From contig JAFMJY010000001.1 of assembly GCA_017853245.1 (NCBI GenBank), positions 1,434 to 65,433 of the forward strand: 64,000 bases of DNA, given 5' to 3'. This document shows positions 37,614 through 46,887 of the stretch, one piece after another. Under the pieces are notes generated by a model. It was given only the letters and a program-made list of their open reading frames with translations, was not told the DNA's origin and did not search any database. A program made the translations under genes and the position numbers. The stretch's first letter is position 1; every line of letters starts with the position of its first letter. The stretch comes from Burkholderiales bacterium (lineage in GTDB: Bacteria; Pseudomonadota; Gammaproteobacteria; Burkholderiales; Usitatibacteraceae).

Positions 37614-40064
37614 TTACTTGAAGGTGATGAACATGGCCGACGTCCACACCTTCGCGTCGTCCGCCTGCCGCCCGTAGAAATAAACCGGCCGAAAGCCCAT
37701 GGGGCCGTTCACCGGCTCAACCTCGAGCACTCCCGACACGTCTCGCGGCGTCGGCTGGTCGCTCATGCGCTCGACGGCGAGGAACAGCTCGCACCCGCCC
37801 AACTCCAGCCGGAGGCGGCCCTCGTTAGCGACCATTTTTGTATCGGTCACCGTCCATTTGCTCAGCAGGTCCGCACCGCTCACCGTCCAATCGAACGTCG
37901 GGCAGTGCACGAAGGGGTTTCCGGCCAGCGGGTCGCCGACTTTGACGTAGCTATCGATGCGCCCGTGGATGCGGATGCTGCAATTGGCCAGGTTGTCGAC
38001 GTCGATCACCACGCAGTCCGAGTCGCCGTAGGTATCCGTGCGAAACCCGATATCCGTCGGCCCCGCCCGCCACACGGACTCCTCGGGATGCTCGAAGCCA
38101 CCGCCCGCAAATCGGTTGATGACGCCATTTTGGATCGTGATGGTGCCTCGCCATTCCGCCCAGCGGTAGCGGTCGCGAATGCGCGCACCACCCCACCGGA
38201 CACGAATGCGCCGGTTAGAAAGGCCCGTGTCCTTTTGCAGGTCGCGATGAAAGATGCAGCCCGTGTGGTCGAACGCGGCGATCTCGTCCCAGCCAGCCGT
38301 GCCGAGAAATCGGTATTCGATCTTCGCCGGGCCGTTGTGGGTGAACTCGTCGCCCTGGATGTAGTTGCCGCATCGGGTGAGGCCCGCGTTTCGCTCGCCC
38401 GTGGCCGCCCAGGTATGGCGGGCCCGCAGCGCACGCCCGACGGTTGCCCGGTCCAGGTGGTCTGCGATGACGCCCGTGATGCCGCCTTTGGTGCCGAAGA
38501 CCTGCGTGCCCGGCAGCCCCCCACCCGGCCGGCCACGGTGCTCATCGCCCGACGCGGAGGCGCCCAGCTTGTAGCCCCTCGCAATCACATCTTGATAGAG
38601 CCAGCCGAAGTGGCCCCAGGAGGAGGAGATCTCGATCAGCCGCTCGAGCTTGGGGTGATGCCAATCCGGAATGTACCGACGCCCGCCGACGTGCGGCATG
38701 ACCAGGTGGTTTTCCGCATCGTCTATGTAGGCGGCCCACAGGTCCTCGATGGGCCACCGCCCAATCTCGACGCCCGTGCCCTTCATGTCCTCGTTCCAGA
38801 CGAAGGTTCGGTTGTGCTCGCCCTTGTCGTTGAAGGGGAAGTCTGGCGGCGTGTCCGCCAGGAAGACGACGTTGTGGTCGCCACCCGCCGTCGAGCTTCC
38901 GCACCACTCCTGAACGGGGTAGCAGACGAACTGGCCGCTGGTGTTGAGTTCTCGCATCACCTTCACGCCCAGCTCCCAGTTCTGGTCCGTGATCTGGAAG
39001 TCGTTGGCCGTGTAGGTCATCACGTCCAGCCCCGCAATGTCACGTCCGTACCGGGTGTTGTAGTCGGGGCTATTGGTGCCGACCGTGTCGTGGGAGTGCA
39101 CATGCAGGTCGGCATAGAAGGGCCTCGGGCAGGGCGAGTTCGCGTCGACCGCCACGTAGGCCGTGGCGGCGGCGCAATCGCGCGCGTCCACCAGAGCCGC
39201 CGTGACTTCCAACTCGCCCGCCTCTGCAGGCAGGCCATCGATGGCTGCCGTTGCCCACCCCGTCTGCGGCACCGGGATGTACTTGCGAATCAGCTCCGTA
39301 CCGTCCCGCGAAGCAACCACCCGGAAGCGGCCGCCCACATTGACGCAGGCATTGCCCCACTGATCGTGCGCGCTCACGCGCAAGGGAATGGGCGTATCGG
39401 GACGCACGATCCGCGGCCCGACGAGGGACAACGCGCTGGGCGCATCAGGAACGATGTCGATGATGACATCGCCGGGCACCGCCACGAATCGCGACGTGCC
39501 CAACGGGTCCACATAGCACCGGAAACGGAACTTGTCCTCGACGAACGTCTGGACTCGCGTTCCCGGCCCGCCGCTGCGCCGGTCACCCAAACGAATGATG
39601 ATGTGATCGCCGGCGTTCAGATACCCGTCCACCGTGTCCACGATGATGGCCTTCTGGAACGGGCGCTCATGTCCCTTTTGGTCGAACCGCACCTTGAGCG
39701 ACTGGACCGCTGCGGGGCTCTGGCCCGGCTGAAGGTTCCCGGCCTGGTACTCCGCCGACACGTAATTGGCCCCCGAGGGATTGGTGGTCTGGAAGAGCGC
39801 CCAGTCCGAGTAAAACTTGAACGTGGCCTTGAACCACGCGCCGTCGGCTACACCCGAGGCGCCAATCTCGTAATCGAGAACGATCTCCGTCCAGCTTCCC
39901 GCCACAAGCCGATCGACATTGCACGTGACCTTCCCGACAAAGGGCCGCGCCTTGTTGCGGTCGTAGAGCCCCTCGGGCGCGAAATAGTCCCCGAGCTTCT
40001 TGCGAATCGTGCGCTCATCAAACGCGGGCTGGGACGGGCGGGCGGGGTCACTCATCTTGTTCAT
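37614..40064 (-). CDS. Uncharacterised 816-aa cytoplasmic protein with PHP-like metallohydrolase core flanked by beta-rich domains
   Basis: Long ORF with normal composition. Ordered ligand pattern: DLHVHSHD (39087..39110), QEW, GGDHNV, MPHVGG, SSWGH, SGDEHRG. No signal peptide or TM. It lies 28 nt downstream of the DASS gene. Confidence 0.85.
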   Translation of the reverse strand: MNKMSDPARPSQPAFDERTIRKKLGDYFAPEGLYDRNKARPFVGKVTCNVDRLVAGSWTEIVLDYEIGASGVADGAWFKATFKFYSDWALFQTTNPSGANYVSAEYQAGNLQPGQSPAAVQSLKVRFDQKGHERPFQKAIIVDTVDGYLNAGDHIIIRLGDRRSGGPGTRVQTFVEDKFRFRCYVDPLGTSRFVAVPGDVIIDIVPDAPSALSLVGPRIVRPDTPIPLRVSAHDQWGNACVNVGGRFRVVASRDGTELIRKYIPVPQTGWATAAIDGLPAEAGELEVTAALVDARDCAAATAYVAVDANSPCPRPFYADLHVHSHDTVGTNSPDYNTRYGRDIAGLDVMTYTANDFQITDQNWELGVKVMRELNTSGQFVCYPVQEWCGSSTAGGDHNVVFLADTPPDFPFNDKGEHNRTFVWNEDMKGTGVEIGRWPIEDLWAAYIDDAENHLVMPHVGGRRYIPDWHHPKLERLIEISSSWGHFGWLYQDVIARGYKLGASASGDEHRGRPGGGLPGTQVFGTKGGITGVIADHLDRATVGRALRARHTWAATGERNAGLTRCGNYIQGDEFTHNGPAKIEYRFLGTAGWDEIAAFDHTGCIFHRDLQKDTGLSNRRIRVRWGGARIRDRYRWAEWRGTITIQNGVINRFAGGGFEHPEESVWRAGPTDIGFRTDTYGDSDCVVIDVDNLANCSIRIHGRIDSYVKVGDPLAGNPFVHCPTFDWTVSGADLLSKWTVTDTKMVANEGRLRLELGGCELFLAVERMSDQPTPRDVSGVLEVEPVNGPMGFRPVYFYGRQADDAKVWTSAMFITFK

Positions 40065-40092
40065 GGGTTGAGGTTTCAGTGGAGGCGGTTGA

Positions 40093-41640
40093 TTACAGTT
40101 TCCCGAACGGCCACGGCGCGGCAGGGTCCCACACCGGCACGCCCAGGAACGCGTACCAGGGAGCCATCACCAGGATGCCGTAGGCGATGGCCAGCAGCAC
40201 GGCCACCCAGCCCACCTTGAAGTAATCGCTCATGGAGAAGGTGCCGCTCGAATAGGCGATTACCGCCGCCGTGATCTGGGTCGGCAGGAGGTAGGCGAAG
40301 GTGTCGGTATCAGCCACGAGCATGGTGAAGGCCACCGGGTGAAGCCCAAGCTTGGGCGCCAGCGCGAGCAGGATTGGCGCAATCATGGTGACTGCAGCAA
40401 TGTTGGAGAGCATGCCGAGCCGCATGATGTGGGTGCCCACCATGAAGACCAGCAGGATCATCCACCACGATTGGCCAGCGCCCACCGGGTGCAGCACATC
40501 GGCAAGCCACGTGGCCAGCCCGGAGGAGGACATTGCCGAGGAGAGAGAAAGTGCCCCCGCCAGGAGCAGCAAGGTGCCCCAGATGGTTCGGTCCTGGAGC
40601 TCCTTCCACTTGAACCCGAAGAGGCCGGGAACGAAGAGCACGGCAAGGCCCAGCAGCGCGACGTTGTGGGGCGCCACCGTGTGCAGGGACTTTTCCGTCA
40701 TCCACGCAATGGCCACCAGCGCGAAAACAACGAGGATCAGCCACTCGCTCTGACTCATGCGGTGCAGGGCGGCGTGCTGCTTTTCAATCACCTGCGCGCC
40801 CCCGGCGACGGCCACGTTGCGCGTCTTGAAGTAGAACTGAACCCACCACTGGGTGATGACGAACATGCCAAGGTAGGGCCACTGCATGATGAACCAGTCC
40901 ACATACGAAAGCTTCAGCTTGAGCTGCTTTTCGAACAAGTCGATGAGCACCAGGTTCGGCAGGTGCGCCGTCAGGATGCACATGCCGCTGATCATCGAGC
41001 CGTAGACCAGCGTCTGGATGACGATGGCCTTCTTGCCGTTGCGCTCAGCCTCGGAGTCCCCGAAGAGCGCGGTGATGCCGTTGATCACCGGCAGCAGCGT
41101 AGCGGCTCGGGCATTGGCGGCCGGAATGATGAACGAGAGAGCAAAGTTCACTGCGAACATTGCCCAGATCACGCCGTTTACTGTCTTCACCCGCATCCAC
41201 TTGAGCAGCGACAGCGCGATGCGCCGGTCGAGCCCGCCTGCCTGCATGATGGCTGCGAAGATGAACGCCGCCAGGCACAGGAACACCACCGGCGTGGTGA
41301 AGCCATCGGCGGCCTTCGGAAAGGGCTTCACCGCGTTGGTCATCACCAGCAGCGTGGGAATCAGCAGCCCGGAAATGCCAACCGGCATGGCCTCGAAGAT
41401 CCACATGGTGCAGGCCCAAACCATGACGGCCAGCGTTGCCTGGCCAGCGGGAGTGAGGCCGGCGGGCTTGGGCATGCCGAAATAGATGTAGAAAAACAGC
41501 GCCCAGGCGATGACGAAACCGATGAGCGTCTTCCGCGGCGTGAGGCCTGTTGCCCGGATATTGTTGGCGAACGCGGCGAGAAATCCGCCATTGGCGGCTT
41601 GCGCACCCGAATTGCCTGCGTGCTGTGATTGGTCAGCCAT
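40093..41640 (-). CDS. DASS/SLC13-family anion:cation symporter
   Basis: ATG 41640 is preceded by AAGGAGGA. 515 aa and highly hydrophobic. The duplicated hairpin-tip-like motifs PAANARAATLLPV and LSNIAAVTMIAPI are reminiscent of the SNT motifs of DASS carriers. Confidence 0.85.
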   Translation of the reverse strand: MADQSQHAGNSGAQAANGGFLAAFANNIRATGLTPRKTLIGFVIAWALFFYIYFGMPKPAGLTPAGQATLAVMVWACTMWIFEAMPVGISGLLIPTLLVMTNAVKPFPKAADGFTTPVVFLCLAAFIFAAIMQAGGLDRRIALSLLKWMRVKTVNGVIWAMFAVNFALSFIIPAANARAATLLPVINGITALFGDSEAERNGKKAIVIQTLVYGSMISGMCILTAHLPNLVLIDLFEKQLKLKLSYVDWFIMQWPYLGMFVITQWWVQFYFKTRNVAVAGGAQVIEKQHAALHRMSQSEWLILVVFALVAIAWMTEKSLHTVAPHNVALLGLAVLFVPGLFGFKWKELQDRTIWGTLLLLAGALSLSSAMSSSGLATWLADVLHPVGAGQSWWMILLVFMVGTHIMRLGMLSNIAAVTMIAPILLALAPKLGLHPVAFTMLVADTDTFAYLLPTQITAAVIAYSSGTFSMSDYFKVGWVAVLLAIAYGILVMAPWYAFLGVPVWDPAAPWPFGKL

Positions 41641-41783
41641 GCTCCCCTCCTCCTTGAGGTTCACCGCTCGATGGACAGGCCCGGACAAAACCGAGGTGAT
41701 GCGCACGGTTGCCGCCGGGCCCTTGCCTTATAGTTCTTGTTCCCCTGCTGCCGGACGATTGAAGCAAATACTGAGACGACGAG

Positions 41784-42530
41784 ATGTCAGCCAGCCGACA
41801 TTCGCTGAAGGAAGCGCCCGCGCAGGGGGGGTCCAGCGGGGGGATCGTGCCCAACGCCGGCTTTACCTCCAACTTTCTCGACCAACTCAGCCCCACGGAC
41901 CGAGCCGGGCTCGAAGCGTTGGGCAGGGTTCGGCAGTTCGCGTCGGGAGAGCGAGTTTTCCGGGCGGGAGAGGCGGGAAGCCATGTGTACTTTCTCCAGA
42001 CAGGCAAGCTTCGAATCGTTCAACTGTCCCCTCTGGGCCGCGATGTCATCTTGTGGTTTTGCCTGCCCGGAGAGATTTGTGGGCTGGCGGAGGTCGCTCG
42101 CGGAGGGGGCCGGGTAGTGAGCGCCGTGGCTTGCGAGCCCTCCGGCGTGATCGCCGTGTCGCAGGAGCAATTCAGGCAATTCCTGCTCGAGCGGCCTCAC
42201 GTCGCGCTGCTCAGCATGCAGGTGCTGGCCTCCCGGTTGCGGGTGCTCGGCGAGATGTTCGTGAACCTGGTGTCCGACGATGTGAACACCCGGATCGCAA
42301 AGCTGATCCTGCGGCTATCCGCCCGCTATGGAAGGCGCGAGGGGTCCGAAGTCGTCCTGGACACCCCGCTCACCCACCAGGAGATCGCCGACATGGTCGG
42401 CACCACCCGACAAACGGCCACCAGCGTTCTTTCCTCCCTTCGGAGGGCGGGGGTGCTGTCCATCGACAACCACCGGATCCGCATCGGACAGGAAAAGTTC
42501 CTCGCGGACATCGCCGGCCGCAGGGCCTGA
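41784..42530 (+). CDS. Crp/Fnr-family transcriptional regulator
   Basis: 248 aa. cNMP-binding-like beta-roll (VFRAGEAGSHVYFLQTGKLRIV) and C-terminal HTH (THQEIADMVGTTRQTATSVLSSLRRAG). No Fnr-type N-terminal Cys cluster. Confidence 0.9.
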   Translation: MSASRHSLKEAPAQGGSSGGIVPNAGFTSNFLDQLSPTDRAGLEALGRVRQFASGERVFRAGEAGSHVYFLQTGKLRIVQLSPLGRDVILWFCLPGEICGLAEVARGGGRVVSAVACEPSGVIAVSQEQFRQFLLERPHVALLSMQVLASRLRVLGEMFVNLVSDDVNTRIAKLILRLSARYGRREGSEVVLDTPLTHQEIADMVGTTRQTATSVLSSLRRAGVLSIDNHRIRIGQEKFLADIAGRRA

Positions 42531-42531
42531 C

Positions 42532-42810
42532 ATGACCAAATTCGAGATCATCTTGATGGCCGGGCTGGTCGCCGATGTGTACTTCATCGTGTTCTGCCGG
42601 CTCGCGATCCACGCAAGCCGAGGCCAGGGCGGAAGCCAGCCGGGCCTGTTGCTGGTGACGAGTCTCCCGTCGCGCGAAGGTCTCAGCCCGCGTGGCCTGC
42701 GCTACTGGCGCCTCTACTGGGTTGGCTCGGCGATACTGGGCGCGCTGGGGGGGCTACTGCTGTGGTTGCGGTACCCGCACATTGCCGCTGCGCTGAAGCA
42801 GGCCTCCTGA
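42532..42810 (+). CDS. Hypothetical 92-aa membrane protein (two predicted TM helices)
   Basis: The ATG is one nt after the regulator stop. FEIILMAGLVADVYFIVFCRLAI and YWVGSAILGALGGLLLWL. No family recognised. Confidence 0.45.
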   Translation: MTKFEIILMAGLVADVYFIVFCRLAIHASRGQGGSQPGLLLVTSLPSREGLSPRGLRYWRLYWVGSAILGALGGLLLWLRYPHIAAALKQAS

Positions 42811-42820
42811 ACGGCGCCAA

Positions 42821-42835
42821 CCACGCGGCGCGTGG
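42821..42835. terminator. Short GC hairpin between convergent genes (possible terminator)
   Basis: CCACGC-ggc-GCGTGG in the 26-nt gap between the 92-aa ORF and fdxA. No U-run. Confidence 0.3.
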
Positions 42836-42836
42836 C

Positions 42837-43160
42837 TCACTTCTCGATCAAGTGCCGCTTGTCCTTCACGTCACGCCACTGCTCGGAATCCGCCGGGGGG
42901 TCGCGCCGCTCCACGATCGGCTTCCACTTCTTGGCAAGCTCGGCGTTGAGTGCAATGAAATCTTTCTGGCTCTCCGGCACGTCATCCTCGGCGTAGATGG
43001 CCTCGACGGGGCATTCGGCCACGCACAGGGTGCAGTCGATGCACTCGTCCGGGTCGATCACCAGCATGTTGGGGCCTTCCCGGAAGCAATCCACGGGGCA
43101 GACATCCACGCAATCGGTGAATTTGCACTTCACGCACGATTCGGTGACCACGTAGGTCAT
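42837..43160 (-). CDS. fdxA: 7Fe ferredoxin (Azotobacter FdxA type)
   Basis: [26 protein letters not shown]...[14 protein letters not shown]. 107 aa from ATG 43160. Confidence 0.95.
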   Translation of the reverse strand: MTYVVTESCVKCKFTDCVDVCPVDCFREGPNMLVIDPDECIDCTLCVAECPVEAIYAEDDVPESQKDFIALNAELAKKWKPIVERRDPPADSEQWRDVKDKRHLIEK

Positions 43161-43347
43161 GGCAACGCCTCTCGACAACAGGGATTTGCCCGTAATTTTA
43201 GCAGAGGGGCGGCGGCCCGCCCCCTCTCAAAAGCCCCCTTTTGCCAGCCATGCCGCCTTGCGCTACGATCTCGTCTGCAAATCCCCCTGCGGCCCTGCGC
43301 CCCCCCGGCGCCCGAGGCGGCCGCCCACCCCCAGCAGAGGCAAAAAC

Positions 43348-43674
43348 GTGAGCCAGAACATCATCGAGGTGACGGACGCATCTTTCGACCAGCAGGTGCT
43401 CAAAAGCACCACGCCAGTGCTCGTGGACTATTGGGCCGAGTGGTGCGGCCCCTGCAAGATGATCGCGCCGGTGCTGGAGCAGATCGCCCAGGAATACCAG
43501 GGCCGCCTTACGGTGGCCAAGTTGAACATCGACGACAACCCCGCCACCCCGCCCAAGTACGGCATCCGCGGCATTCCTACCCTGATGCTGTTCAAGGGCG
43601 GGAACGTGGAGGCCACCAAGGTGGGCGCCCTCTCGAAGACCCAACTCAACGCTTTCATTGACAGCAACATCTGA
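43348..43674 (+). CDS. trxA: Thioredoxin
   Basis: GTG 43348 inside ORF 43159..43674. 108 aa, active site WAEWCGPCK. Confidence 0.95.
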   Translation: MSQNIIEVTDASFDQQVLKSTTPVLVDYWAEWCGPCKMIAPVLEQIAQEYQGRLTVAKLNIDDNPATPPKYGIRGIPTLMLFKGGNVEATKVGALSKTQLNAFIDSNI

Positions 43675-43822
43675 ATCCGGCTAGCCTTATTTCGTCTGGC
43701 AGTTCTCCCCCCGCGGCAACTCCCCCCCGCAGCGTTTTCCCCGGCAGCCTGCCAGCCCCCTCGGTTTCACCCGGTCCGCGCCCGCCCAGCGGGCGCTCCC
43801 ACAACGAGCTGACGCCCCGCGC
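43675..43822 (+). promoter_or_regulatory. C-rich leader upstream of rho (candidate rut-like autoregulatory region)
   Basis: The 148-nt gap has runs CTCCCCCC, CTCCCCCCC, TTTTCCCC and CAGCCCCC, and relatively few G on the sense strand. Confidence 0.35.
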
Positions 43823-45076
43823 ATGTACCTTTCCGACCTGAAGCTGAAGCACGTCTCCGAACTCCTGGAGATGGCGACCGAAATCGAGGGCGCCAACCGC
43901 CTTCGGAAGCAGGAGCTGATCTTCGCGCTCCTGAAATTCCACGCCAAGAAAGGCGCCGCCATCTTTGGCGACGGCACCCTCGAAGTGCTGCAGGATGGCT
44001 TCGGGTTCCTGCGCTCGCCGGATACGAGCTACCTCGCCGGCCCGGACGACATTTACGTCTCCCCCTCCCAGATTCGCCGCTTCAACCTGCACTCGGGCGA
44101 CACCATCGAGGGCGAGATTCGCACCCCCAAGGATGGCGAGCGCTACTTCGCGCTGGTGAAGGTCGACAAGGTGAACGGCGAGCCGCCGGAGAACACCAAG
44201 ACCAAGATCCTCTTTGAGAACCTCACGCCGCTGCACCCGGATGAGCCGCTCAAGCTCGAGCGCGACATCAAGGCGGAGGAAAACCTCACCGGGCGCGTCA
44301 TCGACATCATGGCGCCCATCGGCAAGGGCCAGCGCGGCTTGATCATCTCGCCGCCCAAGGCCGGCAAGACGGTGCTGATGCAGCACATGGCCCATGCGCT
44401 GAAGGCCAACCACCCGGACATCGTCCTCATCGTGCTGCTCATCGACGAGCGCCCGGAGGAAGTGACGGAAATGAGCCGCAGTGTGCGCGGCGAAGTGGTG
44501 GCCTCCACCTTCGATGAACCCGCCACCCGCCACGTGCAAGTGGCGGAGATGGTGATCGAGAAGGCCAAACGCCTCGTGGAGCACAAGAAGGATGTGGTGA
44601 TCCTGCTGGATTCCATCACGCGCCTTGCCCGCGCCTACAACACCGTGGTGCCTGCCTCCGGCAAGGTGCTGACGGGTGGCGTGGATTCCAACGCCCTGCA
44701 GCGCCCGAAGCGCTTCTTCGGCGCCGCGCGCAACGTGGAGGAAGGCGGCTCGCTCACCATCATCGCCACGGCCCTCATCGATACCGGCTCCCGCATGGAC
44801 GACGTGATCTACGAGGAGTTCAAGGGCACGGGCAACATGGAAATTCACCTCGACCGGCGCATGAGCGAAAAGCGCGTGTACCCCGCCATCAACGTGAACC
44901 GCTCGGGCACGCGCCGCGAGGAGCTGCTGATTGCCCCGGACATCCTTCCCAAGGTCTGGATCCTGCGCAAGCTCCTCTACGGCATGGATGAGCTCGAGGC
45001 GACGGAATTCCTGATCGACAAGCTGCGCGCGACGAAGGGCAACGACGAGTTCTTCGCCTCGATGAAGAAGGGCTGA
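43823..45076 (+). CDS. rho: Transcription termination factor Rho
   Basis: 417 aa. [15 protein letters not shown], the RNA-binding domain, and Walker [11 protein letters not shown]. Confidence 0.98.
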   Translation: MYLSDLKLKHVSELLEMATEIEGANRLRKQELIFALLKFHAKKGAAIFGDGTLEVLQDGFGFLRSPDTSYLAGPDDIYVSPSQIRRFNLHSGDTIEGEIRTPKDGERYFALVKVDKVNGEPPENTKTKILFENLTPLHPDEPLKLERDIKAEENLTGRVIDIMAPIGKGQRGLIISPPKAGKTVLMQHMAHALKANHPDIVLIVLLIDERPEEVTEMSRSVRGEVVASTFDEPATRHVQVAEMVIEKAKRLVEHKKDVVILLDSITRLARAYNTVVPASGKVLTGGVDSNALQRPKRFFGAARNVEEGGSLTIIATALIDTGSRMDDVIYEEFKGTGNMEIHLDRRMSEKRVYPAINVNRSGTRREELLIAPDILPKVWILRKLLYGMDELEATEFLIDKLRATKGNDEFFASMKKG

Positions 45077-45088
45077 TCGGAGCCCATC

Positions 45089-46087
45089 GTGCGCGCAGCG
45101 AGCCGACGCCTCGTCGTTGCAGCCGCGCTCGCCGCGGTGTCGGGGCTCGCGTTCGCGCAGGCGCCGGCGAAGAGCGCGCCGCTCGAGAAGGTCGTCTTCG
45201 CGACCAACTGGTACGCCCAGGCCGAGCACGGCGGCTTCTATCAGGCGATAGCCGACGGACTGTACCGCCAAGCGGGGCTGGATGTCACCATCCGCATGGG
45301 CGGCCCGCAGGTGAATCCCCTGCAGCTTCTGGTGGCCAACCAGATCGATATCGCCATGGGCGATGACCTGCAAACGCTCGGCGCCATTGAGCAGGGCCTG
45401 CCGGTGGTCACCATCGGGGCAACTTTCCAGCGCAACCCGACGGTGATCGTCTCGCACCCTGGGGTGAAATCGCTTGCGGACCTGAAGGGGCGGCCCATCG
45501 CCATAGGCGCTGCAAGCAACACAACTTTCTGGCCGTGGCTCAAGCAGCGCTACGGCTACACGGATGACCAGAAGCGGCCGTACGCCTTCAGCGTGCAACC
45601 TTTCCTCGCGGACAAGACGCTCTCGCAGCAGGGGTACGTGACGTCTGAGCCGCACTCGATCGAAAAGGGTGGCGTGAAGCCCACGGTGTTCCTGCTGGCG
45701 GATGCAGGCTACCCCCCGTATGCGCAATCGTTGGTGGTCACGCGCGCCAGTTCGACCAAGCGGGCGGAAGCGCTGAAGCGGTTTCTCTCGGCCTCTGCCG
45801 AAGGGTGGAAGCGCTACCTCGGCAACCCTGCCGCGGCCAACGCATTGATCAAGCGGGACAACCCGCAGATGACAGATGACCTGCTCGCGTTCGGCCACGC
45901 CAAGATCCGCGAGCACAGGCTGGTGACCGGCGGCGATGCGCCCCAGCTCGGCCTCTTCGCGATGACCGACGCGCGCTGGAAGCAGACACTGGATTTCATG
46001 CGGGCGGGCAACTTGCTCAAGCCCGGCGTCGACCACTCTCAGGCGTACACGCTCGCCATCGTCCGGGACGTGAAGGTCCTGCCCTGA
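45089..46087 (+). CDS. ABC transporter substrate-binding protein (NMT1/THI5-like, nitrate/sulfonate/bicarbonate family)
   Basis: GTG 45089 with GGAG 6 nt upstream, 12 nt after the rho stop. Signal peptide, then a typical SsuA/NMT1-like body (FATNWYAQAEHGGFYQA). Confidence 0.85.
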   Translation: MRAASRRLVVAAALAAVSGLAFAQAPAKSAPLEKVVFATNWYAQAEHGGFYQAIADGLYRQAGLDVTIRMGGPQVNPLQLLVANQIDIAMGDDLQTLGAIEQGLPVVTIGATFQRNPTVIVSHPGVKSLADLKGRPIAIGAASNTTFWPWLKQRYGYTDDQKRPYAFSVQPFLADKTLSQQGYVTSEPHSIEKGGVKPTVFLLADAGYPPYAQSLVVTRASSTKRAEALKRFLSASAEGWKRYLGNPAAANALIKRDNPQMTDDLLAFGHAKIREHRLVTGGDAPQLGLFAMTDARWKQTLDFMRAGNLLKPGVDHSQAYTLAIVRDVKVLP

Positions 46088-46091
46088 CGGC

Positions 46092-46886
46092 GTGCGCGGC
46101 CCCATGGATCGCGCCCCTGTCCTCTCGCTCGAAGCGGTCGCCAAGACCTACGCCTCGGGCACTCACGCGCTAGCTCCCAATGACCTGACGCTGCATTCGG
46201 GCGAGTTCCTGACGCTGCTCGGTCCCTCGGGCTGCGGCAAATCGACGCTGCTGCACATCGTGGCGGGGCTGGCTCCTGCTAGTAGCGGTGAGGTGCGCTG
46301 GTGGGGCGGGGATTTCGGCGCCACGGGTTCGGACGGCCGGCGGATCGGGTACGTGTTCCAGTCCCCGACCTTGATGCCCTGGGCGCGCGTGGAGGAAAAC
46401 GTGCGCCTGCCCCTGGACCTTGCTGGCGTCGCCAAGCCCGAGGCTAAGCGTTCGGTGGGCGAGGCGCTCGAACTGGTGGGGCTTTCGGAGTTCGCGCGCC
46501 ATTATCCCCGGGAGCTGTCGGGCGGCATGCAGATGCGAGTCTCGATTGCCCGCGCGCTGGTGACACAGCCGGACCTGCTGCTGATGGACGAGCCCTTCGG
46601 GGCGCTGGATGACTTCACCCGGCAGAGGCTGGATTCGGAGCTGCTCTCCCTGTGGTCTGCGCGGCGGTTCTCTGTGGTGTTCGTCACCCACAACATCTAC
46701 GAGGCGGTATTCCTCTCCACGCGCGTGGCGGTGATGGCCGCGCGCCCGGGGCGGATTCTTGCGGACATCGCGATCGAGGAGCCGCACCCCCGTGGTGAGG
46801 CGTTCCGGGTGTCGACCGCGTTTGCGGGCTACTGCCAGCGGCTGACGGGTCTCGTGGCTGCAGCAGGCGCTCGGGAGCTTCGCTGA
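46092..46886 (+). CDS. ABC transporter ATP-binding protein (NitT/TauT family)
   Basis: Walker A GPSGCGKSTLL, LSGGMQMRVSIARAL, LLMDEPFGALD. The start is GTG 46092 or ATG 46104. Confidence 0.9.
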   Translation: MRGPMDRAPVLSLEAVAKTYASGTHALAPNDLTLHSGEFLTLLGPSGCGKSTLLHIVAGLAPASSGEVRWWGGDFGATGSDGRRIGYVFQSPTLMPWARVEENVRLPLDLAGVAKPEAKRSVGEALELVGLSEFARHYPRELSGGMQMRVSIARALVTQPDLLLMDEPFGALDDFTRQRLDSELLSLWSARRFSVVFVTHNIYEAVFLSTRVAVMAARPGRILADIAIEEPHPRGEAFRVSTAFAGYCQRLTGLVAAAGARELR

Positions 46887-46887
46887 C

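Noticed and set aside
37905-40220. 771-aa plus-strand ORF opposite the 816-aa PHP-like gene
   Set aside because: Its composition (very Arg/Ala/Gly/Pro/Val-rich, few Lys/Asn/Phe/Tyr) looks like antisense noise. The minus-strand frame has balanced composition and a coherent metal-ligand motif series.
41641-41783. Looked for a Crp (TGTGA-N6-TCACA) or Fnr (TTGAT-N4-ATCAA) palindrome in the divergent promoter region
   Set aside because: Only weak partial matches were found (e.g. GTGATGCGCAC; TTGAGG…TCGAT). Nothing is symmetrical enough to report as a site.
43203-43227. GC-rich imperfect hairpin AGAGGGGCGG-cggc-CCGCCCCCTCT in the fdxA/trxA divergent region
   Set aside because: It lies between two divergent starts (nothing to terminate), has no U-run on either strand and has one bulge. 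It may be structural or regulatory, but I cannot support a function.
43655-46144. 829-aa minus-strand ORF, the longest 'extra' ORF in the window
   Set aside because: It is antisense to rho and the ABC binding-protein gene, both unambiguous. Its translation is Arg/Ala/Gly/His/Leu-rich with no recognisable motif. This is a typical high-GC antisense artefact.
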